From the NCBI RefSeq assembly GCF_001194135.2, contig NC_068990.1, positions 59,308,647 through 59,372,646 on the forward strand: a DNA stretch of 64,000 nt. The letters run 5' to 3'. Source of the DNA: Octopus bimaculoides. Its lineage: Eukaryota. Shown here piece by piece: positions 12,394-26,600 of this stretch; the first letter of the stretch is position 1; each line of letters opens with the position of its first letter. The notes under the pieces are model-generated. The model saw only the letters and a list, made by a program, of their open reading frames with translations, did no database searches and was not told the origin of the DNA. A program made the translations under genes and the position numbers.

Positions 12394-15300
12394 CTGGCAC
12401 AGAATCAAGAGGCGAATACAATAAACACCAGACAAACCCAGATATTAGGATAAGAAGTTCACAAACATGCAAGTAATTCTCACCAACCAACCAGGTTAGA
12501 TTGGAATTAAAAAAAAAAACATATTCTCATCAACAGTTTACAAAAAGTTAGACATTGATGTGCAGAAGGAAACAGAAAAATAAAAATACGTTATCAAAAT
12601 AAAGTGATAAGTATGAAGATCACACTAAAAACATCTTTTTTTTTTCTATTTACTTCAATAAATTTTCATTTTAATAAAATTTAGATACTGTTTAGTTTTT
12701 ATGTTTGTAATTTGCTTATTAATAAACCCACACACACAGAATGCTATTTAATCACCATTTAAATTTTCTATAAATTTCTGTTATTACTATAATCTAGCAT
12801 TCAACCACACCTGTAATCTGATCACTGGCCTCTTATCTAGAAATGAATAAATAATGTATATTTTTACTGTATCTAAAAATTAAAACAGAAAGAAACAAGA
12901 GTACCAAAATATGACAGTCACTGTTCAATGAAACAATCTGAGATCAATCGTCTTGTTTATACCATACAAGAAATTTAAATAATTCTTATTACATACTGAC
13001 TTAAGAAACAGCCAGTGAGAGTAAGTTATAAACAGCTATAAGAAATAATCTTCACCAAGGTTTCACAAAACACAGTTAAACACAATCAGTAAACTAGTCT
13101 AGAATTTAAGTACCAAGGGATGTTAAGCTATGATTTTATGAGTAATGGCAAAAAAAAAAAAAAATGTAGATGTAGAAATAATTTTAAGAGAATATTGAAA
13201 CCCATAAACTTTTAAGCAATATCTAACACTGAAGAAAAACATTTTTGTTTGTACTATAACTTAAGTTATTAGCTGACATTAAATACATTAAAATATCTAG
13301 TTTAAAATATGATTGTCACTATCTGTTTAATAGTTGTTCATGTACAAACCAGTCTTATTTTGCACAGAGAAATGAAAATTACTGCTTCAAGTCAAATAAG
13401 GAAAAGCAGCCACCAAGATGAGACAGAAGAACAAATAGATTTAACTGAATTAACTAGGAGATAAAACACAACAACCTTATCAGACATGTATCATGATAAA
13501 ATGTTATTTATTGAAAAATATTCACTGACAAGCCTTTTTGTAGCAATATTTAAGTTATTTTCGTATGATCTTCATAACTATATTTTGGCTGGGTTTATTA
13601 GATTTATAACAAAAAAAATTGTAAAGTGAAAAGAAAAGTTTCTTTTTAACTTATAGAAGAAAACTTTATTAAATGATTTCACAGATTAAGGTCCAATATC
13701 ATTAAATAAAAACATTGAAAACTGTTAGCATGCAATCGCAGACAATATTATACAGCTCTAACAAAAATAAAAATGAAAAGAAAAAAAGAAGAGAAACTCA
13801 CCCCTGTTTTAAGATCTACTGAAAACCAGTTTGGTACATAAACCATTTTGAACCTTTTTTTATATTCTTCTTCTAAATCAGCTTTTCCTAATTCTTCTAC
13901 TTTCCGAGCCTAAAATGAAGAGACATATTTTATAACCTGATTATACATTTATATAGATTGTCAATACAACATAATTTACATCCTTAAAGTTTGCCTACAT
14001 ATCTGACCATGAGACAGTATTACTTTGCTTAGATACAGGTGAAGGTTGGCAACAGGTAGGGTGTCTTGCCATAGAAAATCTTCCTCAATGAATTCTATCT
14101 GGTCCATACAAGCATGGTAAAGTGGATGATAAAAAACATGTGCAGGCATAGCTGTGTGGTAAGAATCTTGCTTCCCAAATACATGGTTCCAGGTTCAGTC
14201 TCACACCATATCACTCAGGGCAAGTGTCCTCTATTATAGTCTCGAGCTGACTATAGCCTGGTGAGTGGATTTGGTAGACAGAAACTGAAAGAAGCCTGTC
14301 GTATCATCATCATCATCGTTTAACGTCCGCCTTCCATGCTAGCATGGGTTGGACGATTTGACTGAAGACTGGTGAAACCGGATGGCAACACCAGGCTCCA
14401 ATCTAATTTGGCAGAGTTTCTACAGCTGGATGCCCTTCCTAACGCCAACCACTCAGAGAGTGTAGTGGGTGCTTTTATGTGTCACCCGCACGAAAATGGC
14501 CACACTCGAAATGGTGTCTTTTATGTGTCACTCGCACAAGAGCCAGTCCATGGGCACTGGCAACGAACTCGCACGAAAAACCTCATGTGTCACACGCAAG
14601 CCGGCCCAGGGGCACCGGCAACGATCTCGCTCGAAAGATTTCATGTGTCGCCCGCACATGAGCCAGTCCAGGGGCACTGGCATCGATCCCGCTCGAAAGA
14701 TTTCATGTGTCTCCCGCACATGAGCCAGTCTATGGGCACTGGCAACGATCCCGCTCGAAACATTTCATGTGTCATTTATACATATATATATAAATATGTG
14801 TGTCGTATATTTATAAATATATGTGAGTCTGTTTGTCCCACTTCTACTACTTTACTTAACAACTAGTGTTAGTGTGTTTACATCTCTGTAACTTAACGGT
14901 TCAGCAAAAGGCACCAATAAAATAAGAACCAGGCTTTGAAGTCGAGTCATTCGGCTACAATTCTTCAAGATGGTACATTAGCACCGCTGGAGAGAGAGAG
15001 AAAGAGAGAAAAAGAGAGAGAGAGAGAGAGAGAGATAGAGAGAGTGTGTGTGTGTGTGTGTGATTAAATGCATGCATGCATGCATGTGTGGAAACACGTC
15101 AGGCTTTGGGAAATATTAACTTAGTTAGAAACAGGTGAGAGTTGGTAGCAGGAAGGGTAACTGACCATAGAAAATCTGTATGCACGAATTGCATCCAACC
15201 CGTGCAAGCATGGGAAGAAAAGTGAACTTTACAATGATGATGATGATCTATCAGGACAATATGAGTTAGTTGTCTGATCTTTTGTTTCGGTTATCAGATT

Positions 15301-17495
15301 GTAGCCAGTACTGGTACCTGTTTCATTGGTCTCTTTTGATGCACTGCTAAGTTACGGGGGGCCGCAAACATACCAACACCAGGCATCTTTCAGTTTCTTA
15401 TTTCTTTATTGCTCACAAGGGGCTAAACATAGAGGGGACAAACAAGGACAGACAAAGGGATCAAGTCAATTACATTGACCCCAGTGTGTAACTGGTACTT
15501 ATTAATTCATCGACCCCGAAAGGATGAAAGGCAAAGTCGACCTCGGCGGAACGTGAACTCAGAACGTAACAGCAGACGAAATACCTATTTCTTTACTGCC
15601 CACAAGGGGCTACACACAGAGGGGACAAACAAGAACAGACAAACGGATTAAGTCGATTATATCGACCCCAGTGCGTAACTGGTACTTAATTTATCGACCC
15701 CGAAAGGATGAAAGGCAAAGTCGACCTCGGCGGAATTTGAACTCAGAACGCAGTGGCAGACGAAATACCGCTAAGCATTTTGCCCGGCACGCTAAGGTTT
15801 CTGCCAGCTCGCCGCCTTCTTTCAGTTTCTGTCTACCAAACCCACTCACTTGAGTGCTATGGAGCTATAGAAGACTGCCAAGCAGTGGGACTGAACCCAA
15901 GATCATATGGTCAGGAAGCAAGCTTCATAACCACACAACAATGTCTGTGCCTTCAAATAAAAATATGAAATAACGGAAATAACAAATATCCATGTATCTA
16001 CTCAACAGGAAGGCACCTACCCTTGTCATTCTATACCTTTAATTTCTCAAATGGCACAAAGCCACCCACACTCAATTTGCTTGGTGAGCCTGTCTGTGCT
16101 GGTACCATGTAAAAAAAGCACTGGTGCTGGTACCATGTAGAAAGCACCCAGTACACTGTAATGTGGTTGGCATTAGGAAGGGCATCCAGCTGTAGAAACC
16201 ATGCCAAAATAGACAATGGAGCCTGATGCAGCTCCTGTCAAACTGTCCAACACATGCCAGCATGGAGAATGGACATTAAATGATGATGATGATACAAAAC
16301 AAAAGCATGCTTTACTTCCCTGAAAGTCTTGGTTGTAGCATATTAGATTGAATATACAAGTGTGATAGTTAGCTACAATGAACAATGTCTTTGGATTAAA
16401 TGATCAGGTATTTATTGTTGGTGTTTATATACTAGCTCAGATTGATTATCAAGTGCATTCCGACCATGACCATCCTGTCACATTTTCAAACATAAAGTAC
16501 CTGAAATCACAATATCAGATACATCCTTCTTTTTTTTCATCATCATCATCGTTTAACGTCCGCTTTCCATGCTAGCATGGGTTGGACGATTTGACTGAGG
16601 ACTGGTGAAACCGGATGGCAACACCAGCCTCCAATCTGATTTGGCAGAGTTTCTACAGCTGGATGCCCTTCCTAACGCCAACCACTCAGAGAGTGTAGTG
16701 GGTGCTTTTATGTGTCACCCGCATGAACGCCAGTCAGGCAGTACTGGCAACGGCCACGCTCAAAATGGTTTTTATATCAGTGGTATTTGTGTGTGTTTGC
16801 AAATACTTGAGTGTATGTTTCCATGTCTTCTCACTGACACTATTATGACAGACAATGTAATATTTATGTCTCTTATAGACAATGCACCTTGTAGTTTGAT
16901 AGTTTTGTTGGCTATGACATGGGAAGACCAGTGCAATAGAAATATCTTATTTGAAACACAAGTAAGAGTTGGCAACAAGAACAAGAGCATCAAGCCACAG
17001 AACATTATTACATCAATAAGTCTCATCCAACCAATGACAGCATGGAGAATGCAAACATAAAAACAATGATGATGATGATATGTATAGATGTGAATTGAGG
17101 GCAAACTAGCTGCTGTTTCTTGCAGATCAATTGACCAAGTAGATGGTCCCACTGTCATTTGTTAGAATACCATCAGTAGATCATTAAACACACCATCTGA
17201 GAAAGAATATTTCATGGATTTTCTCTTTTACTTGTTTCAGTCATTAGACTGTGGCCATGCTGGGGCACTACCATGAAGAAATTTTAGTCAAATAGGCACA
17301 GGAGTGGCTGTGTGGTAAGAAGCTTGCTTCCCAACCATACGGTTCCGGGTTCAGCCCCACTGCATGGCACCTTAGGCAGGTGTCTTCTATAGCCTCGGGC
17401 AGACCAAAGCCTTATGAGTGGATTTGGTAGACAGAAATTGAAAGAAGCCCGTTGCATATATATATCATCATCATCATCGTTTAACACACACACAC

Positions 17496-17557
<62 letters not shown>

Positions 17558-20500
17558 TTGTGTCTGTGGTGATTCTCCCTTTATTGCTGATGTTGGTGTG
17601 TGTACATCCCTGTAGCTTAGGGGTCGGCAAAACAGACCGATAGAATAAGTACTAGGCTTACAAATAGGGGTTGATTTATTTGACTAAAAGCAATGCTCCA
17701 GCATGGCTTCAGTGAAATCACTGAAACAAGTAAAAGCGTAATTGAATCAACTCCAGTGGTTGTTTCTTCTTTTTTTAAACCTGGTACTTATTCTATCAGT
17801 GTCTTTTGCCAAACTGCTCAATTATGGAGACATAACTACAGCTGTCAAGTGGTGGTGGGAGACAAACACAGACACAAAGACATACACACATGTACAATAG
17901 GCTTCTTTCAGTTTCCATCTACCAAATCCACTCACAAAGAATTGGTTGGCCCAAAGCTATAGTAGAAGACACTTGCCCAAGGTGTCATGCAGACACCCTG
18001 AACTTAGAGGTTGGGAAGTACCACACAGCCACTCCTGTATAACAAAGATGTATTTAGTCAATCAATTGTAATGATTTAAGACAGGGCTCACCAAACTACG
18101 ACCTGCAAGGTCAGTTCAACTGGCCCGTCACCGCACTGTACCTTTTGTGTGGGTACCTGCAATGCAAGTTCATTTGCCTCTGGTATAGCATCAGTGTTTG
18201 GAACAACTTATGTCTGTGAGCAAACATTTTTAAAAATGAAGTATGTGAAGGTCAGAGCACATCGAATGAAGTTGACTGATGAACAACTGAAAGCAATTCT
18301 CTTGGTATGATGCAGCAATTTTAAAGCAAATATTGATGATGTCTTAAAAACTTAACACCAGTTTCACAAATCTCACTAACCTTTTTTGTTGCTTAGTTTG
18401 TGAGATTTGGATATGTGCTCACTGGGTATGATATAACTATCTCATTGCTAATGTCACCTTCTTAGATAACATTTCAGTGAATAAATACGTTGATTGTCTT
18501 TAGTTTTTGCATATTCACAGGATTATATTGAACAAAATGGTTATGTGGCCCGCACTTGTCATTCTCTCAGTTATCTGGCCTGCAGTAGAAAAAGTTTGCT
18601 GACCCCTGATTTAAGATAGGACATACATTTATTACCATGGCTGTTCAGCACTGGATAAAGCATTATTTTGGACTGATAATCATTCAAAATATTTCTTGAG
18701 ATTAATAACTGAGAAGTATAAAGACTTACCGTTAAAACATCCCATAAAATAACACTATCATCTGTATCTTTGGTAATAATGTGTCGTTTATCATTTAAAA
18801 CATAATACTGACGTATGCTGGCTCCACCTGATGGTAGACAAATAATGAGCAGATTAAATATACAATTCACATACTTGAAGTTGTAACAAAGACAAAATTA
18901 AAAGTGAAGTCAGAGAAATATTTCCATCTTATACTTAAAGTCAATGAATATAGTCATTCCTCCCCCACCCCATAACTCACTGTAATGCTGATATTATTGT
19001 CCCTGGCTACTTCTGTCTCCCTATCATACTCTAATTTCTCAGTTTCACTCACTCTCTCAGCTGGGAGGTCCTTGTCTTGCAAGCTTGTGGGTACTGGTGT
19101 CACGTAAAAAGCACCAGCACTGGTGCAACATATAAAGCTCCTGTGCTAGAGCCACGTATAAAGCACTGGTGCTGGTGTCATGTAAAAAGAACTCAATACA
19201 CTCCATAAAGTGGTCGGCATTGGGAAGGGCATCCAGCTGTAGAAACCATGCTGTAAAGAGACAACTGAGGCCTGGTGCAGCTCCAGCTTGACAGCTCCTA
19301 TCAAACTGCCCAACCCATGCCAGCATGGAAAATGGATGTATGATGATGATGTATTTAAGGTAAGTGAACTAAGTAGAGTTCATCTCTCTAAAAGCTATAT
19401 ACTCTGAGAAGAGGTTCAAAACATTACTGCAAGCAAACATAATATTCAATGGCTTAGCACATCTTTACAACACCTTTTGGTAACTATTTACAGCCAGATG
19501 GATTAAGATTGAGTGTTAGTATCTTGGCTATAGACATAACAATGGCAACAAGATAAACACCATCATCTCTTTGTTTGGCATCCAAATAACTCCAACTTCT
19601 GTTGATCATTTCCATAAACATAAAGTAACTTAGTGCTTACAATGAGTTACATTTTAATGATGCATAAATATTATTTATTTCTCAGGTACTCCCACCCACA
19701 CTTCTATAATGCAGGGTATCCACATTTCTCAATAGCAAGACACTTGTCCATACCCTTCTCTCATACTTGAGCCTCTCAACACCTGGTATAAAACTGCCAC
19801 TTTCTCTCAAATATTCTCCCCAACACTCCAGTCAAGAGACTTTTTTAAAATTCTTTTCTTGTTTTGCCAGTACACAACCTCACTAGTGCCTCTGACATGA
19901 AAAAAAAAGCACCCAGTACACACTGTAAGTGGTTGGCATTAGAAAGAGTAGCTAGCTGTAGAAACTATGCCAAAGCTGATGTTGGAGCTCGATGCTGTGG
20001 CTTGTTGGATCCTGTCAAACTGTCCAACCCATGCTAGCATGGAAAACAGATGCTAAATGATGTTGATGGTAAGAAAGAACTTTTCCACAATATCCTTAAC
20101 TTTTTACTCCATCACCAAGGATTAAGTTGTAAATTGAATAGCACCTTTATGAACCAAATACTCCCTCAAATGGCAAGTTGCATTTTAAAGTTTGTACTGC
20201 TTCACATCATAATTATACTGAGAGCTCCTGCTCCTTAAAATATCATGCATTCATTTTTCTGATACTAACCATACACAAGAGCATCTCTTTCTCTAAGACA
20301 AGACACTAAACATAAAGGATCTTTTCTTCATCAAAATAAGAATTTCCCTTTCTTTCATATTTCTATAAGTCTCCAAGTAAACTGTAAGGAATTCACTATT
20401 GCATTAACCTCACCAAACCTTTCCTTCATTTACATTAACCCACCCATCAATTAGACCTAAAAAAAAACCCTACATAAAACTATGAAACAATTTCAAGTAT

Positions 20501-20606
20501 AAGGAATATCAAATGAAATAAGTAGAACAAGAAGAGACAAGTGGAAGAGAGAGTTGTTGAAAAGGTCACAGACTGTGTAACAAAAGAACTTTGACAAAGA
20601 GACTAA

Positions 20607-20639
<33 letters not shown>

Positions 20640-23600
20640 GCTGAAGTGAAGACCAAATATATAGTGCATGTGTTTAATTGGCAAAATATGAGCATCCCCA
20701 GCTATAATAATATTTGTTTCAATACATGATTTCAGATCAAGAATCTTGCAAAACAAACACATAAATGGAAGGGCGTTACATTATTTTCTTTATGGCTAAT
20801 AAAATGAAAACCTGATAAATACAGAATGGCTACAGTATCAGAAGAAAATGCTTTGACATACTTGTTCCAATTCATTATGTCCTGAGTACAAATCCTGCCT
20901 GGATCAACTTTGCATTTCATTCTTTTAGAGTCAATAAAGTATCAGTCAGGTTACTGGGGGTCTATCAACCAACCCTCTTCTCTTAAAATGATTTACTTTG
21001 TATCTAAATCAGAAATAATTACTATTCTCATAATCATAAGAAAGCCATTCATAAATTACAGGAAAGAAGAATCGCTTTTGAATTGTCATTTGGGCAAACA
21101 GAACCTCACAGCGCCAGCGCCGCTGCCACAACCACCACCACCACCACCACCATTTAACATCCACTTTCCTTGCTGGCATTGATCAGGTGGTTTGACAGGA
21201 GCTGGAAAGCCAGAAGATTGCACCAAGCTCTTGTGCCTGCTTTGGCATGGTTTCTACAGTTAGATGCCATTCCTAATGTTAACCATTTTACAGGTGGAAT
21301 GGGAGTGGGGTGGGGCTATGTGGCACCAACAAAAACAAGGTTACCAATTAACCAGTAAGACAGAGACCCTCGTAATATCAAGGGAGGTGGTTTTATGCCA
21401 GGTGATGAGAGGTTAGAGTATGAACAGAGGGGAAGAAACAGGTGTCTTACTGAAGAGGAGATACATGGTTACCTCAACTGGAGAGAGGGAGGGAGAGAGA
21501 GACGATGGTGAAGAGAATGTGTCAATGTGTACCCTCAATTACAGGGTGGTGTATATAAGTAGTACAAAGGATTGGATAAGGTGAATGAGTGGGTAAGTTC
21601 ATGAAAGTGCTAAAGTGGGGTGGGAAATAGAGAGGGAAGGGCAATGCTATGAGGAAAAATGGGTGGAGGGAAAGGGTAAAGGTAAACCCATTCACATAAT
21701 TGTATCTCCTTCAACCGTTTAGTGTTTAACCGTTTCGTTACTGTATTTATTTTGAGATGCTCTATGTTTCTTTCAATTACTTAAATTATAACAAAGAATT
21801 TAGTAAAATAATTTAGTTATCATTCAGTTAGTGTTAGGAACATAAATTGTGACTAAGGTTTGGTGGAAGATTTTAATTCAAAACTTATGAAAACAAAACA
21901 TTTGTACTCAGAGCCAGAGTCGGTTTCAGCCGGGTTGGTATCGAAAGGGTTAACCCAGCCATATCAGGATTAGATATTATACCTGTTTTATATTCAAACA
22001 ATCCAGATCCAGCCTCTCACACTTACTGTACAATGCCATTCTAAAAATAAACAATCACATCATCAAAATCTCAACCCTACGAGATAATACATGATTAATT
22101 AAAACAGTGTGATTAAATAAGCATTATATTTGAAAGAGTAATCTGAATACTACAGGGATAACCCTTTAGCAATCAGATTAATCTGTCAAATGTAAAGCTT
22201 ATTTATTCATATTTTCAATTAATCATGTGTTATCTTGTAGCTTTGAGATTTTGATGTGATTGTTTATTTTTACTATGACATTATCAGGTAGATAGCAGAA
22301 GCCAGATCTGGCCAGTTTAAACATAAAACAAGTAGAATATTTGGGCCAGATATGGCCAGTTTGAATGCTAAAGAGTTAAACTACTTTTACATATTACAAG
22401 AGAGAGAGAGAGAAATGATATTTTATTTAATTAGTTTATCACCACAAACATCTTTTTTTTTTCCTATTTTAGCAGAAGTGAACAGGAGAGTCACTCTGAT
22501 CCTGCTAATATAAACCAAGGTAAACCTTAAATTATCATATGATGCTGGTACATTATGTATCAAACCAAAAACTGACACAAAAATGGTATTCTCAAACTTC
22601 CAATAAATACCCACTACAAGTGGGTTTTCAAAATATTTTTTCCTTTACATATAAACCAGTTCACAACATTAAGTTATGTAAACAAAAAAGTTAATACTTC
22701 AATATTATATTGTAAGCTGATGGGTGGCAGTATTATTAGAGCAGTGCTCTGCAACCAGTGTGCCACAAGACGATGCTAGGTGTGCCGTAGGTTAACATGA
22801 ATATAATTTTTCCCCCTATACTTTTAGTTGTATTTTTAGTTCAGCTGTGCCACTGAATTTTGCTAAGAATATAAGTATACTGCAAGTGAAAAAAGGATGC
22901 AGAGCACTGTATTAGGGCATCATCCATTTGATTCCATAATTTTACATTACAAGCTCAAATTCTGCCATGGTCCACTTCGCTTTTCATTATTTCTAGGACA
23001 ATAAAATAAGTACAAGGATCAGTGTAATTACTATATTGCAGAAAGTAGTGCCCCAACATAACCACAATCTAACGACTGAAACCAGTAAAAGAATAAGAGA
23101 ATAATGAAAGAAAATTATACATATAATATTGTTTATATATAGTAAAGTGTTTGGCAAATGAGTTCAGGCAATATCAGGTTAAGAAAACTCCTTTAGAATA
23201 CCAAAGGACATCACAACCCATCTAGTGTTGATACCATGATGAAATGCACCCAGTACATTTTGTAAAGTGGCTGGTGAGAGGAAAAGCATAAAGCCATAGA
23301 AACTAAGTCAAAAAATCACACGCATATGAGACATGGTTGTCCAATCAATCTACAATGGCAGTAACTCCCAATAAGAACTAAAACAAACATGACCGCCTTT
23401 TCAATCTATGCCAGCCTAAAAAGCAGACACAAGATAAGGATGATAAGAGTTCATAATAGGTAATTTCATTAATTTACACAATAAGGACTTAGAACTTACA
23501 CATATTCTCTTCTATTTATGACAATGATTACCAAAAGGATACTAAATTTTATAAGAGGAACATAGTTGACTGAAGAAATCCCAACAACATATTAGAATTT

Positions 23601-26600
23601 GCTTTTCATTTATTTGGGATTGATAAGGCAAAGAAAATTATAGCGCAAAATCTTAACTTAGAACCATGGAGAAACAAGCCTTGGAACTGAAAAATATTTA
23701 ACCTCTTTGCAGGAAGATTATTTTTAAAATCCTTGTGGCATGAGTAAATAATTTTCAGGAAATTTATTTTCCAGTACTGCTCTGTAGTGTGTTTAAATAT
23801 GAATCCCACATTCAAAGGCAAACTGACAAATGTTCATAGTTTTTCTAGTATCAGTGACTGTCACAGATATATTTTGGAACATTTATTGAAGTGGTCTCAT
23901 TTTCCCCAATACAACAGGTGAAATATTTATTGATTTCGGTCACAAGATAATCCCAAAATGAAGGCCCAGCAACAATCAATAGCAGAAAGATATAAAAATT
24001 TTTTTTTAATATTTTGGGTATTGTAGAAGTATAACCGATTTATTGCACTTAAATTTTACCAAACAAAATTTTACATGGACCCTGGTTGAAGACCACTGAT
24101 CCTGACTGTCATTACTACCACCAGATTTATCTGAGACATCTGATATTCTGTCTACATTGAACAAAGACCACTTTTTGTGAACAAAGCAATGTGAACCACT
24201 GGATGCTGCCATGTTGCTTTTGAGCATGTATATCTATAAATATATAATTCTAAATATGTTTTGACATGCAAATCATGGAAGTTCTGGAAGAATGCATGTA
24301 GTAGGGCCCTCTTGCGATGCTTTGATACATTCAAGGTTCAAAAGGAGAGTATTTTTTACATTGAGCTATGTCGCAAATGACCAAAATGTTGTTCAGTAAG
24401 TACAATTGCTGATCAAAATATCAGTCTGCCAGCAAAAGGGGTTGACTGTTTCCATCGACTTTATAGCAGCTAAATATTTAAGAACATTTAAAAAAAATAA
24501 AAATTAATACATTAGCACTTACAACAAGGACCCTGGTTGAAGACCACTGATCCTGATTGTCATTACTACCACCAGATTTATCTGAGATATCTGATATTCT
24601 GTCTACATTGAACAAGGGTTCCAGTTGATCTGATGAATGAACAGCCTACTTCTGAAATTAATGGCTGAGTACTCCCGACATGCATACCCTTAAAGTAGTT
24701 CTCAAAGTGATTCAGTGTGACACAAAATGTAACGAGGCTGGCCCTTTGAAATACATATACAACCACAACTCATTTTTGTCAGTTGAGTGGACTGGAGCAA
24801 TGTGAAATAAAGCGTCTTTGCTCAAGAACACAACACGCTGACGGGAATCAAACTCAAACTCAACACCGCACGATTGTTAGCTGAATACCTTAACCACTTA
24901 GCTATGCACCTTCACTAAAATAAATAAGAAACGATAAATCATGTATGTGACTGAACTAAAGACAAAATACACTTACCTTTGATAGTAAAATCTGGTTGCG
25001 TACACATAGGGACTGTCTTTTCATTTTCGTAATCACCTGAGCACCTTGAGTTTCGAGACTTGATTGGCTGCAACACGTAAACATTTATCATTTGACATTA
25101 AATAGATTAAAAGGAAAAAAAATCAAATATCCCCATAAAGTATTCAAAATCCCATTAGCATTCTTAATATTATATTAGCTTAATTCAGCTAACTAAAGGA
25201 AAGGTCTCCAGAAGATCCATATAGAGATATATGAAGTCCCTTAGAATAATTACACAGTTGTGGAAGCTGTATACAAGGAACTAAATGTTTTCCCCAGAAC
25301 AAGTAGCTTATTCATTCCTTTAATATTAAGATATAAAGCAACCCCACTGGTGCTGGTGCACAAAGAAATGCACCCAATACACTCTGGAAAAGGGTTAGCA
25401 AATGAGCGACGTGAACTTAATATTAAGAGGACCATTTAGTTATGTTGAGGACATGACAGCCTCTGTAGCGAAGGTGACAAGGTAAAATGTATCCAGTACA
25501 CTATGTAGAGTGGTTGATGTTAGGAAGGACATCCAGCTATAGTAAACAAGCTGAAAATGAAGCATGCCTATCTGGTTCAACTAAGATGGCATGAAAGATG
25601 GATACTATCATCATCCCCACCATTACTATGAGAATTAATAATAATAATAATAATTCTTTCTTTTAATAAAGGTTCAAAGCCTGAAATTTGGGTGAGGAGG
25701 TTAACTGATTTTATCAGCCCTAGTATTTCACCGATACCTTATTTATTGACCTGCCCCAAAAGATGAAAGGCAAAGTCAACCTTGGAAGAATTTGAACTCA
25801 GAATATCAAGACGCACAAACTGCTACTACCCATTTTGTCCAGAGAGCTAACGATTCTGCCAGCTTACTACCTCAATAATAATGATGAGGATAATAACAAC
25901 AACTGCACACATGAATTTTAAGACTTACCCAGTTACAAATGGAAGAATCTGTTGTTGCAACCCATAAAGATTGCTGGTTATCTGTTTGAGATAGTTCAAG
26001 CTATAAGATTAAATAGAAACAAAATAGAAATATTTTAAAGCAAAGGGTTATCAAAAAATGTAGCTAATTTATGCGAAGCTTACTTTGTACAGAATGATTG
26101 AAAAACACAGGTTCTGGGGAACCACAAAAAACAAAGAAGATGATAATAATAACAAGAGCACTCAGAGAGTGCAAACCTCTGCCAAGGCAACACAAAAGTC
26201 CTTTCAATGATTAGCCAGACATGATTTTTAAAATGAGAATATCTGAAATAAACTCGACTGCTCTCACAAATGAGAATACTAATAATGAACCAGACCACTC
26301 TCAAAAATTAAGTAAAAAACCGGAAAAATAATCCAGAATCCTTGTCCGGTACCAGATCGATCTCAAAATCTAATCAGTTTGTGCCAGTCGCAAGGCCAAA
26401 CAGCCCTGAAAGTTTCATCCTATTCCATCCAGCGGTTCTTGAGATATCTTGTCCACGGACAAACAAACAAACACAACTGAAAACAATACCTCTGCCTTCG
26501 CTAAGGCGGAGGTAATAATAATGATTTCAAATTTTGACACAAGGTCAGCAAGTTTGAAGGCAGGTTAAGTCGATTACATCCAACTGATACTTATTTTACG

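Noticed and set aside
14477-14770. CRISPR-like regularly spaced repeats
   Set aside because: Units are contiguous tandem copies without unique spacers; eukaryotic context; no cas genes
14372-14866. Recurrent [14 protein letters not shown]...[14 protein letters not shown] (also 16605 and 32102), looking like a gene family
   Set aside because: Antisense reading of the RTE 3' UTR; length comes from the tandem array or gaps
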